A stretch of 46,995 nucleotides of DNA from Chloroflexota bacterium (GTDB lineage: Bacteria > Chloroflexota > Anaerolineae > Caldilineales > Caldilineaceae): NCBI GenBank assembly GCA_024277175.1, contig JAJRVT010000201.1, positions 1-46,995 of the forward strand, read 5' to 3'. The position numbers and the translations under genes were made by a program. The notes beneath the pieces were generated by a model, which made no database searches, was not told the origin of the DNA, and worked only from the letters and a program-made list of their open reading frames with translations. Of this stretch, positions 41,267 to 46,995 are shown in pieces (the first letter of the stretch is position 1; the number at the start of each line of letters is the position of its first letter).

Positions 41267-42631
41267 ATGATGAAGCCCGCCGCCTCCTATACACACTCAA
41301 ACGGCGCTCCCATCCCTCGACGGGCTGCGGGACGCCGTCGCCTGCTACTGATTGGGATGTTGGTCAGTGCGTTGACTGTCCTGGTGGCAGGCTGCAACCG
41401 CCTCTCAGACGCCGATGAACTCACGCCCGCGCCCGTCGCCAGTTCGACCGCGGCGAATGTCGCACCCCTGACATCCGGCGATGAATCGGCTGAGGCGTCC
41501 ACGGACGCGCGCCAGTTGGTCATCTGGGCCCCGCCATTCATGTCCACCACCCAGGACCGCAATGAGGACGAAGTGCTGGCCGCAGCCATCACCCAGTTCG
41601 AACAGGATCGCCCTAACGTACGCGTTGAAATCCAGACCAAGGAGGAATCGGGGACGTCCAGCGTCTTCAACTACTTGCGCAGCGCACAGAAGGCGGCGCC
41701 CTCGGTGCTGCCGGACATCGCGCTGTTGCCCACGGATGAACTGTGGCAGGCGGCGGAACTGGGCCTGATCCCGGCCCTGGAGCCGACTGATCTGGCGCGT
41801 ATGGGTGACTTTTACGCCTTTGCTCGTCAGGGAGTGGCGTTCGATGATCAGATCCTGGGCGTTCCCTACGCCGCGGATATGCTTCACCTGGCGTACCACA
41901 AAGGAAATCCAGAGACGCCCCCGCGGACATGGGAAACGCTATTCGATCTCAAACAGCCCTATCTTTTCCCGGCCGCCAGCCCGGACGGCTATAGCAATGA
42001 TTCGCTGTTGCTTCAATACGTGGGGGCCGGGGGTGAATTGTTGGAGAGCGGCGAAGTCAGCAATCCGCCGGCCCTGGAGGCAGTCTTCGAGTTTCTGATG
42101 GACGGACGCGAACTAGGCATCATCCCGCCGGAAGTGGATGGATATGCGCGCCTGCAAACGGTCTGGGAGGCGTTTCTGGCCAGCGAGAACGGAATGGCTG
42201 ATACGTCGGTGCATCTTATTCTCGGCCGGCAGGATGTGCCGGAAACAAGCGACTATGGCATCATTCCCACGCTGTTCGGCGAGCCGACCACTATCGCCCG
42301 CACGTGGGCTTTCGCCGTTCTGAGCGATGATCCCGAACAGCGTGAGCTGGCGCTGGCGCTGATTCAGGCCCTGCTGGAGCCGTCAGTCCACGGCTCCTGG
42401 AGCCAGTTCTCAGCTCGCGTGCCTACGCAGCCGGCTGCATTCGACGCCTGGTCCAGCGGTAACGCCTACTACGAATTTCTGCGCAGCGAACTGGCGCCGG
42501 CCGCCGTGGCTATTCCCAACGGTCGCCGTTTCGCCGATTTCTCCGCCCGCCTGCAGGAAGCCCAACACAAGGTGCTCAGCGGCCAATCTTCGCCGGCTGA
42601 CGCGGCCCTGGATGTGCAGGTGACGCCTTAG
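41267..42631 (+). CDS. ABC transporter extracellular solute-binding lipoprotein (family 1, sugar type)
   Basis: signal peptide with lipobox LVAGC; SBP_bac_1-like body; lies inside a longer spurious ORF antisense to holB. Confidence 0.7.
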   Translation: MMKPAASYTHSNGAPIPRRAAGRRRLLLIGMLVSALTVLVAGCNRLSDADELTPAPVASSTAANVAPLTSGDESAEASTDARQLVIWAPPFMSTTQDRNEDEVLAAAITQFEQDRPNVRVEIQTKEESGTSSVFNYLRSAQKAAPSVLPDIALLPTDELWQAAELGLIPALEPTDLARMGDFYAFARQGVAFDDQILGVPYAADMLHLAYHKGNPETPPRTWETLFDLKQPYLFPAASPDGYSNDSLLLQYVGAGGELLESGEVSNPPALEAVFEFLMDGRELGIIPPEVDGYARLQTVWEAFLASENGMADTSVHLILGRQDVPETSDYGIIPTLFGEPTTIARTWAFAVLSDDPEQRELALALIQALLEPSVHGSWSQFSARVPTQPAAFDAWSSGNAYYEFLRSELAPAAVAIPNGRRFADFSARLQEAQHKVLSGQSSPADAALDVQVTP

Positions 42632-42825
42632 GATTGGCGGCTAAATAACTCGGTGACCTTCCTGGAAGCTCTGAGCTGCCCTGAAAAATAGCCACGGATT
42701 ACACAGATTGCACGATTGTTCATTCCTCGTGGCGGTGATCAGCAGCATGAATGTCTTCCAGGAAGGTGAATTCGATGACTTATTGACTCGCCGGTCCTTA
42801 GCGCGTGCATGTCAGATTTTCTAGC

Positions 42826-42893
42826 AAAAAAAATCACCACAAAGTGCAAAGAACACGAATAAAAACTTTATGTTCTTTGCATCTTTGTGGTGA
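42826..42893 (-). terminator. intrinsic terminator downstream of rplL (long ~20-bp stem followed by T8 on minus strand)
   Basis: caccacaaagtgcaaagaac ... gttctttgcatctttgtggtg flanked by A8 on plus = T8 on minus strand. Confidence 0.65.
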
Positions 42894-42925
42894 AAAATCG
42901 TTTCTGGTTGGCGTGTCAACCAACC

Positions 42926-43300
42926 TTACTTGATTTCGACCTTGGCGCCTTCGGCCTCCAGCTTGGCCTTGGCTTCCTCAGCCGCTTCCTTGCCAACACC
43001 CTGCATGACAGGCGCAGGTGCGCTCTCGACCAACTGCTTGGCCTCTTTCAAGCCCAAGGTGGTCAGGGCGCGGACAGCCTTAATCACGTTGATCTTTTTG
43101 GCCCCCATGTCGGCCAGGATCACGTCGAATTCGGTCTGCTCTTCCTCCGGCTCGGCGGCGGCGCCAGCGCCGGGCATGGCGGCCATCACTGGGGCCGCGG
43201 CGCTCACGCCCCACTTTTCTTCCAGCGCCTTGACCAGCTCTGCGCCTTCGCCCAGGGTCAAGCCGTCCAGCATTTCAATGATCTTTTCCAAATCAGCCAT
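42926..43300 (-). CDS. rplL: 50S ribosomal protein L7/L12
   Basis: [32 protein letters not shown]..., 124 aa. Confidence 0.95.
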   Translation of the reverse strand: MADLEKIIEMLDGLTLGEGAELVKALEEKWGVSAAAPVMAAMPGAGAAAEPEEEQTEFDVILADMGAKKINVIKAVRALTTLGLKEAKQLVESAPAPVMQGVGKEAAEEAKAKLEAEGAKVEIK

Positions 43301-43439
43301 TGTTGATAATTCTCCTTTTTATTCGCGCGTTCGCAAACGGTGCGATTCTTGTCGATACGACTAACTAAGTATAGTGACGGCGGACGGGGGTCCGCAATCA
43401 GACGAATACGTTACACAGACCAAACAGAGAGGAGCGGCG

Positions 43440-43973
43440 TTAGGCGGCCTCTTCCTGCTGCTCTTCGATATGTGCATTGATGACGCGGACCAGGCTGGCG
43501 GCCGGGGCGTTGATGACGCCCACCAACTCGCGCGCAGGGCCATTGATAGTGCTGAGAATCATACCCAGCAACTGCTCCTTGGTCGGCAAGTTTGCAAGCG
43601 CCTCCGCGCTGGCGGCGTCCAGAACGGCGCCCTCCATGAGCGCGCCCTTGATCTCGACGGCCTTCTCCTGCTTGATCCATTGCTTCAGGACCGTCACGCT
43701 ACGCCCAATATCCTCACCCGAGAACAGGACAGCATTGGGGCCGGCGAGCAACTCCTCTGGAATCTCCTGATCGTTCTCATTGAGTGCGATGTTCAGCAGC
43801 GTGTTTTTGACGACCAAATAGGAGCCGTCCGCTTCCTGGATCGCAGTGCGTAGGGACTGTATCTGGGGCACAGTCACGCCGCGATAGTCTGTGAAGACAA
43901 GCGCCGTAGAGTTTTCGATCAACTCTTTGTAGCGTGCAACCAGTTCTTCCTTCTTCTTTCGCGTAATTGCCAA
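43440..43973 (-). CDS. rplJ: 50S ribosomal protein L10
   Basis: MAITRKKKEELVARYKELIENSTALVFTDYRGVTV..., 177 aa. Confidence 0.95.
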   Translation of the reverse strand: MAITRKKKEELVARYKELIENSTALVFTDYRGVTVPQIQSLRTAIQEADGSYLVVKNTLLNIALNENDQEIPEELLAGPNAVLFSGEDIGRSVTVLKQWIKQEKAVEIKGALMEGAVLDAASAEALANLPTKEQLLGMILSTINGPARELVGVINAPAASLVRVINAHIEEQQEEAA

Positions 43974-44282
43974 GTGACTTTTCCTCCTTTCTTTAGGATA
44001 TCCAACGGTTTGTGCAGGTGACCCGCACGGTCAAACGGAAAAAGAAAACGTCTTCACACCGGGGCGTGAAGACGTCGAAGTCAGAAGGCGAACGACAAAC
44101 CAACGCAGGGACTACGTCTCTGACGATGATTCATCTTGCCGTACTTGCTTCGGCAGGCCACAAGCGCAAGGCTCGTAATTAAGGTCGTACACCTGCTGTC
44201 TTCAGCGCGTTTGACATTGTTATGCAATTGAGGCCGCGCCCATGACAGGCGGCGCAACCTGTATAACCAAACTCAGATCTCG
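43974..44282 (-). ncRNA. probable rplJ (L10) leader / autoregulatory mRNA region
   Basis: 309-nt untranslated gap between rplA and rplJ in an otherwise tightly packed r-protein cluster; the L10(L12)4 leader is widespread in bacteria; structure not verified here. Confidence 0.35.
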
Positions 44283-45002
44283 TCAACTGCCGTCGGCTTT
44301 CATGGCCGTGAGCAGATTGGCGTCCACATGCACGCCAGGTCCCATGGTGCTGGTCAGCGTGGCCCGGCGAATATAGATATTTTTGAGGCCGGCGGGCTTG
44401 GCGGCCATGATGGCCTCCATAAGCGTTCCCATATTCTGGCGCAGTTTCTCAGTATCAAAGCTAACTTTACCGACGGGAACGTGGATGTTGGACGTCTTAT
44501 CAACCCGGAACTCCACGCGCCCCAGCCGCGCCTCTTGAATGACCCGGGGCAGATCATCAGCCTGGACGATGGTGCCGGTCTTGGGGCTGGGCATCATGCC
44601 CCGGGGACCCAGAACGCGACCCAAGCGGCCCACGACGCGCATCATATCCGGCGTAGCCAGGACGACGTCAAAATCAGTCCAGCCGCCTTGAATTTTCTTG
44701 GCCAGGTCCTCGCCGCCGATGAAGTCGGCGCCGGCTTCCTCAGCCTTGATTTGGCCGTCCGGACCGGCGAAGACGAGAATGCGGACAGTGCGACCGGTGC
44801 CGTTGGGCAGGGTCACGACGCCGCGCACCTGCTGGTCGGCGTAACGGGGGTCCACGCCCATGCGCAGGTGAAGTTCAACCGTCTCGTCGAATTTAGCCGT
44901 GGCCAATTCTTTGACCAGGCCCAGCGCCTCATCGGGCGTATAAGCCTTCTCTCGATCCACTTTGGTGCGGATCTCTTGATAGCGTTTACTGTGCTTTGCC
45001 AT
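44283..45002 (-). CDS. rplA: 50S ribosomal protein L1
   Basis: [27 protein letters not shown]..., 239 aa. Confidence 0.95.
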   Translation of the reverse strand: MAKHSKRYQEIRTKVDREKAYTPDEALGLVKELATAKFDETVELHLRMGVDPRYADQQVRGVVTLPNGTGRTVRILVFAGPDGQIKAEEAGADFIGGEDLAKKIQGGWTDFDVVLATPDMMRVVGRLGRVLGPRGMMPSPKTGTIVQADDLPRVIQEARLGRVEFRVDKTSNIHVPVGKVSFDTEKLRQNMGTLMEAIMAAKPAGLKNIYIRRATLTSTMGPGVHVDANLLTAMKADGS

Positions 45003-45065
45003 GTTCTAAACCTCCGTGGTGCTTGCGGGACGAATCCCTCCCACTGATTTCACATCAATGCTTGT

Positions 45066-45491
45066 TCAATCAACGACGGTCACGCCCATACTGCGAGCCG
45101 TGCCTTCCACCATTTTCATGGCGCTTTCCGTGCTGACGCCGGTCAAATCCTTGAGCTTGATTTCGGCGATCTCCCGCACCTGGCTCTTGGTGATCTCTCC
45201 AACCTTGTCTTTGTTGGGTTCGGAACTACCCTTGCTGAGCTTGGCGGCTTTCTTGATCAGATCCGTGGTAGGCGGCGTCTTGGTGATGAAGCTAAACGAA
45301 CCGTCCGTATAGATGGACAGTTCCACCGGAATGATCTGGCCCATGTGCTGCTGGGTGCGGGCGTTGTACTCTTTGCAAAAGCCCATAATGTTGACGCCGT
45401 GGGGGCCCAGCGCGGTGCCGACGGGCGGCGCCGGGTTGGCCTTGCCGGCGGGGATCTGCAATTTCACGACTGCTTTAATCTTCTTTGCCAT
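45066..45491 (-). CDS. rplK: 50S ribosomal protein L11 (start at MAKKIKAV; upstream 20 codons of the ORF are not L11-like)
   Basis: [44 protein letters not shown] canonical L11 N-terminus. Confidence 0.9.
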   Translation of the reverse strand: MAKKIKAVVKLQIPAGKANPAPPVGTALGPHGVNIMGFCKEYNARTQQHMGQIIPVELSIYTDGSFSFITKTPPTTDLIKKAAKLSKGSSEPNKDKVGEITKSQVREIAEIKLKDLTGVSTESAMKMVEGTARSMGVTVVD

Positions 45492-45615
45492 GGTTTCGCT
45501 CCTTCTGGACTTGGTGAACGCTTGTGCGCCGCGGCTGGCGACCGCAGCCAAGCTCCCAAATTCCAGCTAGTTTAATACGCAACACGTCGGATAGGACGGG
45601 TGTAGCGTGCTCCAC

Positions 45616-46251
45616 TCACATCGTGTCGCGTTCCAACTGTATAAAATCCACCTCAACCGGGGTTTCGCGATTGAAGAAACTCACAAGCACTTTGGCCTTG
45701 CCCTTATCCGCATCGATGGCATCGACAGTGCCGCTGAACTCAGCGAACGGGCCGCTGATAATGCGGACGTGTTCGCCGATCTGAAAGCTGACCTTCAGGC
45801 GCGGCTCATCAGATTCGATGCGACTCATGATCTTGCTGACTTCATCGTCGCGCAGGGGGGTGGGCTTGCTGCCCATACCGACGAAACCGGTGACGCCCGG
45901 TGAGTTGCGCACAACATACCAACTATCCTCGTCCATGATCATATGAACCAGGATGTAGCCGGGGAAAACCCGACGTTCCACCTCTTTGCGCACACCGTTG
46001 CGAATTTCGATCTCGGTCTCGGTAGGCACGACCACATCCAGAATGCGGTCCGTCATCCCCATGGACTCGGTGCGATGTTCGATATTGCGCTTGACTTTAT
46101 TTTCCATGCCTGAGTAACTATGCACGACGAACCACTCAGGCTTCGGGCCGCTCTCTTCTTCGTCCTCCGGCGCGAGGGGATCGTCCAATCCCAGATCGGC
46201 CAACTCTTCTTCGTCCTGTTCTGGCTGATATTGCGTCATCTCGTCGCTCAC
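45616..46251 (-). CDS. nusG: transcription termination/antitermination factor NusG with ~35-aa acidic N-terminal extension
   Basis: NGN domain (WFVVHSYSGMENKV) and C-terminal KOW (GEHVRIISGPFAEFSGTV). Confidence 0.9.
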   Translation of the reverse strand: MSDEMTQYQPEQDEEELADLGLDDPLAPEDEEESGPKPEWFVVHSYSGMENKVKRNIEHRTESMGMTDRILDVVVPTETEIEIRNGVRKEVERRVFPGYILVHMIMDEDSWYVVRNSPGVTGFVGMGSKPTPLRDDEVSKIMSRIESDEPRLKVSFQIGEHVRIISGPFAEFSGTVDAIDADKGKAKVLVSFFNRETPVEVDFIQLERDTM

Positions 46252-46399
46252 CCCTGCCTCCTTTTAACGCGTCCCGACCAACGTCCCGCCGCCTACTGGC
46301 AACAGGTGAAGGGATGAAGTCCGCTCTTCTGCACCTATGACCGTTACCGACCGGCCTGGTTGCACAGCCCGCTCCCGCCATGCATACGGCGGAGCGTCA

Positions 46400-46624
46400 C
46401 TAGCCGCCAATCCGCAGCAACGAAGTGACGATAGAGCTAAAAAACGTATCGATGCCAAACAGAAAGATCGCCGACACGACGGTGACAACGAAGACGACCC
46501 ATGTCAGGCGGATTCCTTCCTGTCGCGTGGGCCAGGTGACCTTGGCCACCTCGGCGCGCGTTTCGCGCAGATAACGAACAAAAGCGTTGCCACTTTTTGA
46601 TTTTGGTGTAGTCACACGACTCAT
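46400..46624 (-). CDS. secE: preprotein translocase subunit SecE
   Basis: 74 aa, single C-terminal TM helix, conserved position between tRNA-Trp and nusG. Confidence 0.85.
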   Translation of the reverse strand: MSRVTTPKSKSGNAFVRYLRETRAEVAKVTWPTRQEGIRLTWVVFVVTVVSAIFLFGIDTFFSSIVTSLLRIGG

Positions 46625-46703
46625 GACGATTCCTCTTGACTATGTCGACGCTGTTCCATTTCGGAAAACGACCACCGGCCATTTCAACCGGTGGTCTGCG
46701 AGG

Positions 46704-46776
46704 CAGGCGAGGCAGGACTTGAACCCACAACCTGCGGTTTTGGAGACCGCTGCTCTACCAATTGAGCTACTCGCCT
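46704..46776 (-). tRNA. tRNA-Trp (anticodon CCA)
   Basis: reverse complement folds as cloverleaf: acceptor AGGCGAG/CTCGCCT, D-arm GCTC-AATTGGTA-GAGC, anticodon stem CGGTC/ACCG with loop CUCCAAA, T-arm GTGGG-TTCAAGT-CCTGC; CCA not encoded. Confidence 0.8.
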
Positions 46777-46863
46777 ACAAAATCAGAAAACCAAGGAGGT
46801 GAGAGCCGACAGGAGCGAACCTGTCGCTCCTGCCAACTCCCAATCCCCGATTTCGCATCTCTT

Positions 46864-46995
46864 ACTTCAGTATCTCGGTGATGACGCCAGCGCCAACCGT
46901 GCGCCCGCCTTCCCGAATCGCAAAGCGGCTACCCACTTCCAACGCCACCGGCATGATCAACTCCACCTTCATGGTCACGTTGTCCCCAGGCATCA
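46864..46995 (-). CDS. tuf: elongation factor Tu, C-terminal fragment (gene continues beyond window end)
   Basis: reverse translation [43 protein letters not shown] matches EF-Tu domain 3 C-terminus. Confidence 0.9.

Overview
High-GC (~63-65%) bacterial chromosomal segment. Gene content and synteny suggest Chloroflexota or a related Terrabacteria lineage: spoVS, ricT downstream of holB, recA next to rny, SdrD-B/DUF11 surface protein, and a conserved secE-nusG-rplK-rplA-rplJ-rplL block with tRNA-Trp and the tuf 3' end. Most of the window is core housekeeping: rpmF/yceD, coaD, hemW, a class A PBP, htpG, hsp20, rny, recA, dnaA, holB and ribosomal proteins. Several things stand out. (1) One protein is split in the ORF track by an in-frame TGA that falls exactly at the redox-active position of an iodothyronine-deiodinase-like thioredoxin fold (FGSFT-U-PYC, then ...FLYTHEAHPGE). 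A small hairpin lies 10 nt downstream. This is very likely an unannotated selenoprotein. (2) At least four families of long, imperfect GC-rich palindromes built from short tandem units (GAGATTG, GACAAGATGACAGG, GCAGAGA, CACGTCTTCGCGCCTC) sit at gene 3' ends and in leaders. The six-frame track reads through several of them as spurious N-terminal extensions. (3) A divergent FHA + OmpR-type winged-helix regulator and Hanks Ser/Thr kinase pair lies across an unusually AT-rich control region. (4) A 1227-aa secreted SdrD-B/DUF11 repeat protein is translationally coupled to an ATP-grasp ligase. (5) A 280-nt block of nested perfect palindromes lies between yceD and rpmF. Coordinates derived from frame arithmetic may be off by 1-3 nt. 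Some ORF-track starts are non-ATG (the 34228 ORF begins at TTG; the antisense 34030..34332 ORF begins at GTG).
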